The notes under the pieces are model-generated. The model saw only the letters and a program-made list of their open reading frames with translations, did not search any database and was not told the DNA's origin. Shown one piece after another: positions 53,159 through 64,000 of a stretch of DNA of 64,000 nucleotides; within the stretch, counting starts at the first letter, position 1; the number at the start of each line of letters is the position of its first letter. A program made the translations under genes and the position numbers. This DNA is from Eledone cirrhosa (Eukaryota): positions 171,678,001 to 171,742,000 of the forward strand of contig OZ024740.1 in the NCBI GenBank assembly GCA_964016885.1. Direction: 5' to 3'.

Positions 53159-54751
53159 CAGTGCCCCGCAAAAGTTTACAACACATTAGGAAAAATGCAG
53201 TTTTAGGTACTTTTAATAAAGTTAGGGTAATGAAAATTTAACTACTGATAGAACATATAATGAGGCATTTAATGATACAATCATATTTAAAAAAAAAATA
53301 ACAAGGAAATAACTCATGAAGAAAAATCAATATTTTTATAACGCAAAAGTTTACAACACATTTTATATTTATCGCTTTTTTTCAAGAAAATTCTTAAATT
53401 TTCAGATTTAAAATTCAGTAGAATGTTCTAGATTAGGTTTAAGGTAACTTCTAAGGACTATTAAAAACATTACGTCATTATTTGTCTGACAACCATCCTG
53501 TAAACATTGACAACCGTCCTGTAAACATTGACAATATGGGGAAAAATAAACTGGTTGATGAAGACCTCCGTAAACGCATTGTAGACCTTCATACAAATGG
53601 TGTTGGTTATAGAAAGATATCTTGTCAGTTAAATGTGCCATTGAGTTCAGTTGGTACTATAATTCGTCACTGAAAATCTCATCATTCCATCTGTCCTCTA
53701 ATTAGTTCTGGTTGTCCTAGAAAGATAACGGAACGTGCAGCTCGGTTATTGACGAGAAAGGTTGGCAACGAACCCCGGTGTACTCTTAAAAATCTTCAGG
53801 ATGACCTAGAAGAAAGTGGATTAAAAGTGAGCACAGATACAATTAGTCGTTCACTTCGTCGATATAATATCTTCTCGAGGTCTCCAAGGAAAACACCACT
53901 TCTTACGAGGAAACACGTTCTTCGTCGATTAAACTTTGCAAATGAGCATCTCATCAAACCTGCGTCATTTTGGGAAGGTGTACTTTAGTCGGACGAAACA
54001 AAAATTGAACTTTTTGGTCGAAATGCTGTGGCAAAAGTCTGGAGAAAGAAAGGTACTGAATATTCGCCTAAGAATACTATTCCAACTGTAAAATTTGGAG
54101 GTGGATCAGTCATGGTCTGGGGTTGCTTTAGTGCCACAGGTGTAGGAAATATTGAAATAATAGAAGGAAGAATGGGTGGCGCTTATTATAGAGGTATTTT
54201 CCAAAGGAATTTACATCAAAGTGCACATTCTCTCAGCTTAAAGCCAGGTTGGTTTTTTCAACAAGATAACAATCCAAAGCATACTGAAAAGCTAACACAA
54301 TCTTGGTTAAGTACGAATGGAATAAATGTTCTAAAATGGCCATGTCAGTCTCCATATCTTAACCCGATCGAAAATTTGTGGAGAGAATTCAAAAAAGGAA
54401 ACCCCAAAATATCCCTGTACTAAAGAAAATTTGTTGTGAAGAATGGATAAATATTAGCCAAGAAACGTGCAAGAAGCTACTCCAAACGCCTACAGGCTGT
54501 AATTAGCAACAAAGGTTACGCTACGAAATATTAAGAGATGATTTAATAAATGTGTTGTAAACTTTTGCGTTATAAAAATATTGATTTTTCTTCATGAGTT
54601 ATTTCCTTGTTATTTTAAAAAAAATATGATTGTATCATTAAATGCCTCATTATATATTCTATCGGTAGTTAAATTTTCATTACCCTAACTTTATTAAAAA
54701 TACCTAAAACCGCATTTTTCCTAATGTGTTGTAAACTTTTGCGGGGCACTG
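53159..54751 (+). mobile_element. Tc1-family DNA transposon, IR/DR type, in ETS intron
   Basis: TA target duplication and ~200-bp TIRs beginning CAGTGCCCCGCAAAAGTTTACAACACA, with an inner direct repeat GCAAAAGTTTACAACACA near 53343. Confidence 0.95.
53536..54534 (+). pseudogene. Tc1 DD34E transposase pseudogene
   Basis: MGKNK.., SDETK, TVKFGGGSVMVWGCF, FQQDNNPKH and SPYLNPIENLW. Stops at 53671 and 53986, with a frameshift/deletion near 54400. Confidence 0.92.
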
Positions 54752-54918
54752 TATATATATATATATATTTATATTTTCGTCAATACTCATCTTTTTCCAT
54801 TTATCTGAGGGTTCTAAACCCCATTATCAGGCTAAAATTCCTTTAGTCAAAAATACGGTGAAAGCTATTCTATTTTCTAATTTCAAACCTGCTCACTGTT
54901 TCAAAATATACTTACTTG

Positions 54919-54950
<32 letters not shown>

Positions 54951-55159
54951 ATGTGTGTGCGTGTGTGTGTGTGTGAGTGTGTGTGTAACTTATAAACCAA
55001 GCAATGACATTTCTCTTTCGAGAAGTTTTTGTACGAGGATAGCTTTTCATATTCTTTCGAGCCATATTTTAGCCAGAAGGGTGTGAGAAATTTTGCACAT
55101 CAGTGTGCAGAAGTTTTCCTTTATGGGTTAGATTTTGTACACACACATACACAAACGCG

Positions 55160-55260
<101 letters not shown>

Positions 55261-55294
55261 ATAATCTTTCAAAAGGTAACTACTACTACTACTG

Positions 55295-55327
<33 letters not shown>

Positions 55328-55328
55328 T

Positions 55329-55370
<42 letters not shown>

Positions 55371-55482
55371 ACTTTTTTTTCTATGTTGACATTGGAAAGA
55401 TATAAAAACGACTGCGATAATGGTGGTTACCATCGTCATTAGGAAGAGAGATGATGGTGAAGATCATGGTGAAGAGATTTAC

Positions 55483-55524
55483 CTGAATTGTAGCAGTAAC
55501 AGAAGCCTGGCCGACATTTACAAT
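55483..55524 (-). CDS. ETS gene 42-nt micro-exon (YCKCRPGFCYCYNSA)
   Basis: tttttcag acceptor, CAG|gtaaat donor, phase 1 at both ends; it joins the flanking exons in frame. Confidence 0.7.
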
Positions 55525-55901
55525 CTGAAAAACATAATAATGAAATCATAAAAATACGGACAAACTTGTTTCTTACAAATCATTTTCAGCATAATTCTTA
55601 TAGCATTTCAGACATGCGCATATCATAACATATATATATATATATTATTAGAATTGGCAGTATCGGTAGAGGGTTGGATTATGCTTTCCAGCATAGTTAC
55701 GTCCCTTTACGATCTGAGTTCAAATCCCGCCGAGGTTAACTTTGCCTTTCATCCTTACGGGGTCGATAAAATAAAGCACCAGTAATGTACTGGGATAATT
55801 GCTGGCCTTGTGCCAAAAAGTAGAAACAATTATTATTATTATTACTGGAATTCTATAAGAATCCAGTTTCTATAATTTTCGGCGGAAGCAGTGGAGTGCG
55901 T

Positions 55902-55943
55902 GGCTCTGATGAACGCCAACCAGCGTGAAACAGACTGTCAGCT
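55902..55943 (+). ncRNA. Canonical type I hammerhead ribozyme, antisense within ETS intron
   Basis: GGCU-CUGAUGA-ACGC-CAACCA-GCGU-GAAACAGACUGUC-AGCU, enclosed by an outer stem UUUCGGCGGAAG/CUUUCGCCGAAA (55877-55965). Confidence 0.85.
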
Positions 55944-58114
55944 TCTCTCCCTTCTTTCGCCGAAAAGAAGTAAGTGACATAGTCACTACTTTTAAACTGA
56001 TAACGTATGGTCTTCTAAATGTTTTTAATTAAACATACAGTATATTGCCAAATATACTATACACATATTTATATATATATAATGTATTTGTGTATGTATA
56101 TGTGAATGTATGTATGTATGTATGTATGTATGTATGTATGTATGTATGTATGTATGTATGTATGTATGTATGTATGTACCCTTAACTTGGGTGGAGTCGT
56201 AGGAGCACCGTAGTGACATACCGCGTTTCTTGGCCAGTTTATAACTGTCAGAGCGCATCCCCTTTCCCGATCTGGAACCGTTTTCTTCCAGAGAAAGAGA
56301 GTGATGGCGGGTTAGTGAGGAAGAGATGTAAATGAAGAATCGACCCCAGTATTGGACCAGTCCTTTTTTTTTTATAGATCTTCTAGGAATGAACTGCGAA
56401 GTTGGCTTTAGCAGAGTTTGAACTCAGAGAGCAGAAAGTCGGATCAAATACCGTATTGTATTCGACGTTCTAACGACTCTGATAATTCGCAGACTTGTAA
56501 TATTAGTACGGCCAATAAAAATGTTAATGTAGGTGTAGATATGGTTATATAAAAAGTTCAATTCCTTTACACGGGTTTGATCCCTTTGAGAGAGAGAGGG
56601 ATCCGTCTGTGCTGCACCTTGGGCAAGTAACTTGTAACAACGTTTGATCGGCTAAAGCTTTACGAGTGAAACTCCAGGCATGGGCAATCTGAAATTCAAG
56701 ATTGCCCAGAGAAGAGCTTCCCTAGCATTTTAATTGATAGACCCCTTGTAACAAAATTTAATTTCTATTCACCCTAAACGAATTAACCGAATATAAAATT
56801 ACAAAACAACTAATTTACACGTGTTTAAAAAAAAACTTACACGAAGAAAGAGTCAGTCACTGGCAGCTAGTCTACATGATTCAGCGATTTTTGATCTCCC
56901 GTAAACAAAAATAAATTAGTCAATTCACTCGCTGTTGATCCATAAGCTTATATCGACCCCTACCAAAATGTTATCACCCCCTCCCCCTGGAACACTTTGA
57001 GAAGCCCGGGGCGAGAACCTCTGCTAAATCGGAACTCTTGTATAGCAGTGAAACTGCAATTTACGGCACACACACACACACACACACACACAAATAATAT
57101 GTATGTGTGTGTGTGTGTGTGGAAGGGCTATATGAGTATGCGTGCATTTGAAATCATTAATCCATTAAAAAAAGTCTCAAAGAATTTTGATTTTTCATTG
57201 AAATTTTGAAATGAAGGAAAACTACGAAATATTGAAAATTTGTGAAACAGAATCTAAAGGAGGGTAAGCCATTGGTAATTCTAATTGTAATTTCAACAGT
57301 GGGATACATTAACATTTTAATTTGCAATTTTGAACAATTCAACAATGAACTATTTACTGATGTCTGCATTTGTACACGTATATATATTCAGTAATTTGAC
57401 TTAGTGATGAGGATGTTGGACTCACGATTGGTCGTTGGTTCGATTTCGGAACCGAGCAGTGTGTTGTGTTCTTTTTACGAAATACTTTGTTTCACATTGC
57501 TCTGTCTGCCAGGAGCTATCAGCAATGGAAAGAGCAATAGAAATATCGTTTCCTTAGTCGGATCTGACAATCGACTTCTTTTCTGTTATATCTTCAGGAA
57601 CGGGTGTAAGCCATTGGAGGTGCGCAATACCATAGGCATTACGCGAGACAACTAAGGACAACGTGGAAGCAATAAAAAGAGCATCTAAATGTCTCTAGCT
57701 GAAAAGGAGTAGACGGTAGGGAGAGTAGGATGCTAATCGGATATAGGCTAAAACTTGATCAACTTCGATCGGGTCACCTAGATGTGAGTGTATGCTGTTC
57801 GACACAAAAGCCCCAGTGAAACCAGGATGAGGTGAAATCATTGATCAGGTGTCTACATATTTGCATCCGTAGAGGTATGACGAACTTGTATGTATGTATG
57901 TATGTATGTATGTATGTATGTATGTATGTATGTATGTATGTATGTATGTATGTATGTATGTATGATCGCAGCTTGGTTTATGAGTTTTGCTTTGCAGTCA
58001 TACATAACTAGTTCACATAAATCTCAGATATACATTAATTATTTGGAAATGTTTGGAAAAGAAAGAAGAAATTCGAATGAAGTCTGTAACTAAACTCCCA
58101 AATTGACCACTTAC

Positions 58115-58477
58115 ATGGATTGTAAAAGCTGTACGAGTCACCTTTATAGGAATCGACCATGTCGGTGGTATTGGAAGCAGAACTGAATGCTGAGATCTGC
58201 TGAGCGTATTCATTTTTTAGGGTGGCTTGACAATTTTCAACTTGACCCTGATTGGGTAGAAACCTTTTCATGTGTTCTTCATAAGACGGTGGATTCCGGA
58301 CATACAGAAGTTGTTGTTGCTCAGGGGTCAATTCAGACGCAGGAAACATTGAATACGGAGCATTGTAAGCCTGGTCTGTGGAAGATCCATAAAACATATC
58401 TTTCTGTTCTAACATAGTGTAGAGATTCATTAAATCATGCTTAACATTACTGATAAGCATCTCCTGGCCTGAGTGTT
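58115..58477 (-). CDS. ETS gene upstream coding exon
   Basis: Non-repetitive open frame (HSGQEMLISNVK...NPPSYEE...SFYNP), tatttcag acceptor and T|gtaagt donor; phase 1 matches the next exon. Confidence 0.72.
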
Positions 58478-58954
58478 CTGAAATACCAAAAGAAATAATT
58501 TGTGAAAGGCAATGTTAACGAAAGTAAAGCAAAAACATATTTATGAAAGAACTAGGAAGAAAGGTTAGTAACTGTTTTTAATTTTAGCACAAGGCCAGCA
58601 ATTTTGGAGCAGGAGAACAGTCGATAAAATCGACAACATTGATTATGCGGTATTCAAAATCAGAACGTGAAGAACCAGAACAAATACCATAAAATATTTG
58701 TGTATCGCTCTAGCGATTCTGTCAACCAGCCATCCTCTGATTGATTAGTATTAAATATTAACAAATAATTGTTTCTACTTTTAGCACGAGGCCAGTAATT
58801 ATCCCAGTGCATTACAGGTACTTTATTTTATCGACCCCGTAAGGATGAAAGGCAAAGTTAACCTCGACGGGATTTGAACTATTAACAAATATTAACAAAT
58901 ATTAACAAATAATAATATGAAATCTTACAATATAAAATTTTCAAAGGATATACC

Positions 58955-59052
<98 letters not shown>

Positions 59053-59322
59053 CACACTCATACAAACACGCACATTCAAATACACTAGTATACATACACA
59101 CATGCATTATATGCACACATTGATATGATCTCATTATACACCCATTAATCACACAAATGTCTTTATTATCTACTTTGATTATCTATGTGTATTGAATCCT
59201 TTATTTAATCTATGTTTATTCTTTATTTCATTTTCGGGAACGTACAGCAAAAGTCATATACATGCATGTATACATACATACACACGTATATATATATATA
59301 TATACATATATATACTTATAAG

Positions 59323-59358
<36 letters not shown>

Positions 59359-59368
59359 TGTATGTATG

Positions 59369-59415
<47 letters not shown>

Positions 59416-60327
59416 GAAAGGTATAGAAATTGTTTTAGCGATAAGCTAACAGTATTCCATAACATATATATATATATATATATATTACTTATATACTGAG
59501 AATACAATTAAAGACCGTCTCGTTAGTCGTTCGTTTTGCTAGATCTAGCAGCCAAAATTCCCCTGTCACCTCCACTTTCTTAAAAGGGTAAGGCATATTA
59601 TACAAAAAGACGAAGTGGTCATTGTTGGAAAGTCTTTTTCGAGATCAAAATAAGAACATGTTTCTGTAAATAGTTTTGTATAACTAGGGTTTGTTTTATT
59701 GAATATTGATGTTCAGTGCTGAAAGTACTTTATTTTCTAATTCATGTCCAAATGTGCCAATATTGTTTCATCGATGAGAAAGGGTGTGGTTTAGTGATTT
59801 GAGTTTTAAGAAGGTGGGGTGTCTCACAAAGTATTAATCCTATAATGGAGAGATAACATTTGTGAAGCTCATTGTTCTCAGTTCAAATCGACGAGCGCTC
59901 AACTTTCACGAGTCAACGCTGGAGCTTCTACGTGGTCCCTCAACCTATTAGAAAAAGCAACCTCACCTGACCCAAAACACACCATACTGTCTTAAATAAA
60001 GAAGGAGATATTAGTCCTAAATACATTGTTTAAATACAGGATATGACACCCATGGCTACACAACTTTGACCCTACAGTCATGATTAAGAAAAAAAGACAT
60101 ATGTAAAGAATATAGCCATACATATTCCTAAAAAGACACACACACACATATATATATATACCTGGTGGATCCGAGTTGATCTAGGTCTCTCCAAAGAACA
60201 TGAACCGTATGAACTTTACTTTTTTCCTCTCGAGAAGAAAGGGAACATATTCACTATTATACCTCCCTTATAATAATACATTCATCTTTTATCTTGTCAA
60301 AAGAAAGCAAAACCACTCATGCTAATC

Positions 60328-60398
<71 letters not shown>

Positions 60399-60687
60399 CG
60401 AAGGAAAAGTGGTAAGGAACCAGGTGGACCATAACGCACCAAAGTACTCAATACTTGGGGTAGTAGAGTGGGTAATAGGAGTAAGTAAGACCCCGACGGC
60501 TGAGCTCAAGCCATTTCGAAGGCTAATTCTGTACTATATATATACATGAATGTGGCTGTTGCTAGCGTTTAATTTAACATATGCATATAAACAAGACACT
60601 CTACAACATGTACCGAGCAACGTTTCTTCCGTTCATTTGCGAACTGTAACATCTGTGTGTACTGATATATATATATGTATACATACA

Positions 60688-60719
<32 letters not shown>

Positions 60720-60838
60720 GTGTAGGCAGTACAGTGAATTACTGGTGTTGGTACCCAAGCACTCTATACACAGGCAGAGTGTACATAATAGAAAAAAACG
60801 AGGAAGTTTCGTTTACATATAAAACATATTTATTGTGT

Positions 60839-60936
60839 ATCGACCTGTTACGCGCGTTTCGCAGGGGGTTGGCTCAAAGTAACCCATAGAATTATGGACC
60901 TGACTTCAGTATTGACCTGTTCGTCAGACTGGTGAT
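60839..60936 (-). ncRNA. Type I hammerhead with long helix II in an inverted-repeat element
   Basis: AUCACCAGU-CUGACGA-ACAGG...CCUGC-GAAACGCGCGUA-ACAGGUCGAU; palindromic helix III typical of PLE HHRs. Confidence 0.75.
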
Positions 60937-61256
60937 GTGACAAAAAAAAAATTTTTTTGTCATATCACCAGTCTGACGGGCAGATCCTCTGTAACAGGTC
61001 GATACACAATAAATATTAGAGTGGGTAATAGGAAAATAATTTAGGGCCCCGACGGCTGAGCTCCAGCCGTTTTGACAGCTAGATCCGAACAGAGAACAGA
61101 TCTAGCTGTCGAAACGGCTGGAGTTCAGCTGTCGGGGTCCTGACTCTTTTCCTATTACCCACTCTAATATTTATTGTGTATCGACCTTAGTATTGAGTAC
61201 TCTGGTGCGTTATGGTCTACCTGGTATCTTACCACACCCTCTTTCTTATATATATG

Positions 61257-61295
<39 letters not shown>

Positions 61296-61555
61296 GCCGA
61301 CCATCGAGTATGACTTGGTAGTATACACTATGCTTTCGCTAAGAGTTGTAGGTAGCCGTGCAGTCTCGATCCTTCCGTGACCCAATGCTATCTTTATCGA
61401 CCCCGAAAGGATGAAAGGCAAACTAGACTTCAGCGGGGTTTGAACTCAGAACGCAAATCAATCATGTGCGTCCGCAGGTGAAACTCCACAGTAACAAGGC
61501 TCACCATTAAGCCATGATAAAAGAAAATTTAAACTCTTATTCGTGCATAACAGAC

Positions 61556-61595
<40 letters not shown>

Positions 61596-61981
61596 CATTA
61601 TGTATATTTATATATGTGTGTGTGTGTATGACGCGCGCGGGTAATTTTTTGTGAATCTGTATGTTTGTTTTCCATGTATTTGTATATCTTTTTCTTTTCC
61701 AGAAATAGGAGTGCATACAGTGTGACAACAAAATATTAATTATTCCGTTTCGATACTGCAATATGTTACCGAACAATGGAGATATGGAGTTATCTTATGT
61801 AACCCAAATAATAGCGGTTTACTTTCGAAAAGCATTTTTTCTCTTTGCCCATGCATATTACTTTTTATTTTACCTTCTTTTTGAATACGCAATTTCAAAC
61901 AGCTGGGGCATATCTCACTTTTAATCGCATTGTGTATTTTATCGACGTCTAGCGAAAGCACGTGTTTTATTCGTTATTTAA

Positions 61982-62205
61982 CCTTTTCGTTAATACATTT
62001 TTAATAAAAGACATTACCTGTGATTATAAGAAAAAAATTGAAAATAATCAAGAATTTGGAGGGATTTAGTGATATAACTAACTTCTTCCATATAAAGCTC
62101 GAGTTTCAGGAATTACTTAACAAATGTTCTTACTTAAAATTATGATGGAATGTTTTCTATCGTAGGAAGCAGGACCAGTTTCAGATGTTCTTTTAATAAA
62201 AAGGG
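61982..62205. mobile_element. Possible piggyBac-type MITE
   Basis: TTAA|CCTTTTCG...AAAAGGG|TTAA termini. Confidence 0.4.
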
Positions 62206-62527
62206 TTAAAGACTGGTGAACACCCGAATGCCATATCAATCTACCTACCGTATATTTACATTTAATATATCTCATCATAATGAATAGCTAGGTGATGATG
62301 GTAGTGGTGGTGGAGGAGTCGGGATGATGATTATTCAGTTGTCCGAACAAATGAAATCCTACTCGTGAAATTAATCTGTAAGCGACTGATACTTTATCGA
62401 CCGCGTAAGAATGAAAGGGATCGTGGACCTCGAATGATTTGAATTTAGAGTGCAGAGAGTTGGAACGAATAGTGCAAAATATTCTATCCGACACTTCAAC
62501 GACTTTGCCAATCCATTACCATGAGAG

Positions 62528-62772
62528 TGAGTGCTAATGGTAACATATGTAGTGGTAACATCCACCGCACTTTGAGTGCTAATGGTAACATGTGTAGTGG
62601 TAACATCCACCGCACTTTGAGTGCTAATGGTAACATGTGTAGTGGTAACATCCACCGCACTTTGAGTGCTAATGGTAACATGTGTAGTGGTAACATCCAC
62701 CGCACTTTGAGTGCTAAAGGTAACATGTGTAGTGGTAACATCCACCGCACTTTGAGTGCTACTGGCAACATG
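62528..62772. repeat. 45-bp minisatellite, ~5.4 copies
   Basis: Unit GAGTGCTAATGGTAACATGTGTAGTGGTAACATCCACCGCACTTT, with no spacers. Confidence 0.95.
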
Positions 62773-62882
62773 TAATCCAATACAAACTGTTACATGATTG
62801 GTTCGTCGGTGACGAAACCAGTACCCTCCTGGGTCAGCTTGGTGAGAAGGATTGTTAGAAACCTAACAGGACAAAAACAATA

Positions 62883-63023
62883 ACGGATCAACTCAGAATA
62901 TGAATATTTATGGATAAGCTTAAACAGATCATATATATACATATATACATATATACATTTATATATATTGAGCTATTTTAATTGTAAGGGACTATTCTGA
63001 ATTCCTAACTCAATATATACTTT

Positions 63024-63098
<75 letters not shown>

Positions 63099-63231
63099 AT
63101 ATATTGAGTTAGGAATGAATTCAGAATAGTCCCTTACAATTAAAAATAGCTCAATATATATAAATGTATGTATGTATATATATGATCTGTTTAAGCTTAT
63201 CCATAAATATTCATGTTCTGAGTTGATCCGT
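62883..63231. repeat. Inverted repeat (~140-bp arms) with a (TA)n spacer
   Basis: ACGGATCAACTCAGAA...CAATATATACTTT, then (TA)n, then AAAGTATATATTG...TTCTGAGTTGATCCGT. Confidence 0.85.
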
Positions 63232-63369
63232 AGAGTGCTAGAAGTGAATTGCATCCTTATATACCGAACATATATATACATTATGTTACTTCCTAAAAAC
63301 AAGGATGACGGAGTATATTAATAAAGATGAAAATGCGAGACCCTAACATCTTCAACTTCGCACTTTCAT

Positions 63370-63408
<39 letters not shown>

Positions 63409-63593
63409 TAATTTAATATATCAACTAACATAAGCGCACAGATGCACGCCCATGCTAGCAAATACACAGGTTATGTCATAGTACCTAGGTGGTTCAATGC
63501 AAGAGAATGCAGAACAATAATATAAAATACGTAAAATAAGAAAATATCTTTTAAAAAAAATTTTCAAAAAACTTTTTACTTACTTAAATTTTC

Positions 63594-63675
63594 ACTCCAA
63601 CTAATTAGTTTCTGCAATGGGATAAAGACAGTTACGTAATCCAACTGTCGAGAATTCATTGCGTCATCAGGGAGT
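63594..63675 (-). ncRNA. Type I hammerhead ribozyme with long helix II
   Basis: ACUCC-CUGAUGA-C-GCAAUG..GACAGUU/AACUGUC..CAUUGC-A-GAAACUAAUUAGUU-GGAGU; palindromic helix III, GUU site. Confidence 0.8.
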
Positions 63676-63677
63676 CT

Positions 63678-64000
63678 ATTCTCAGTTAAGTCTCCAGGCA
63701 ATGCGCGGACACTGGCGGCTCATATAAAAATAATAATAATTCGGTAGATCGAACAGCTGGCGAGGACTGGATTCTATGTACCGAAATTCTCACTGCTTCA
63801 AGTCAAATGGCCGATTCTAAAGAATCAATCACGTGACACAGAGGCTAGTTAGAAGGAATGGGATGGTAAGATGACCGACGCCTACTAACACCCCAAGCAG
63901 TGAGAATCCAGTCCTCGCCAGCTGTTCGATCTACCGAATTATTATTATTTTTATATGAGCCGCCAGTGTCCGCGCATTGCCTGGAGACTTAACTGAGAAT
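63678..64000. repeat. Near-perfect inverted repeat (~95-bp arms) running off the window end
   Basis: 63678-63775 is the reverse complement of 63904-64000; it adjoins the HHR, so it is probably a pLTR-like structure. Confidence 0.85.

Noticed and set aside
62005-62025. CAG|GTAATG donor-like site as a further ETS exon
   Set aside because: It lies inside a probable TTAA-flanked MITE, with no convincing open exon.
62528-62772. 45-bp repeats as a CRISPR array or repeat protein (ORFs in three frames)
   Set aside because: The units are contiguous with no unique spacers, there are no cas genes and the context is eukaryotic; the frames are open only because the unit length is a multiple of 3.

Overview
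Repeat-rich, AT-rich animal genomic DNA. The SINE families and microsatellite load suggest a cephalopod such as Octopus, but this is inference. The only host gene is a minus-strand ETS-family transcription factor (ERG/FLI/FEV-like domain) with three in-frame exons at 58115-58477, 55483-55524 and 49861-50468. A 19.6-kb block (20163-39784) is one (AAT)n microsatellite occupied by two Tx1-clade LINEs on the minus strand and three R4/Dong-clade RLE retrotransposons on the plus strand. The window also holds a 5'-truncated Penelope-like element with a GIY-YIG ORF and inverted pLTR, a decayed IR/DR Tc1 transposon, CRE/RTE/R4 fragments, MITEs and many tRNA-derived SINEs. The main signal hidden from the ORF track is RNA structure. 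I folded by hand 14 type-I hammerhead ribozyme (HHR) motifs with complete cores, plus several degenerate ones, mostly in small non-coding elements next to or embedded in (TA)n. They include a retrozyme-like array of ~425-bp HHR-bearing units that starts at the predicted cleavage site and is preceded by an inverted, circularly permuted monomer. There is also a divergent homolog with compensatory base changes and a 591-bp dimer with a U3:A8 variant core. All ribozyme activity is predicted, not demonstrated.
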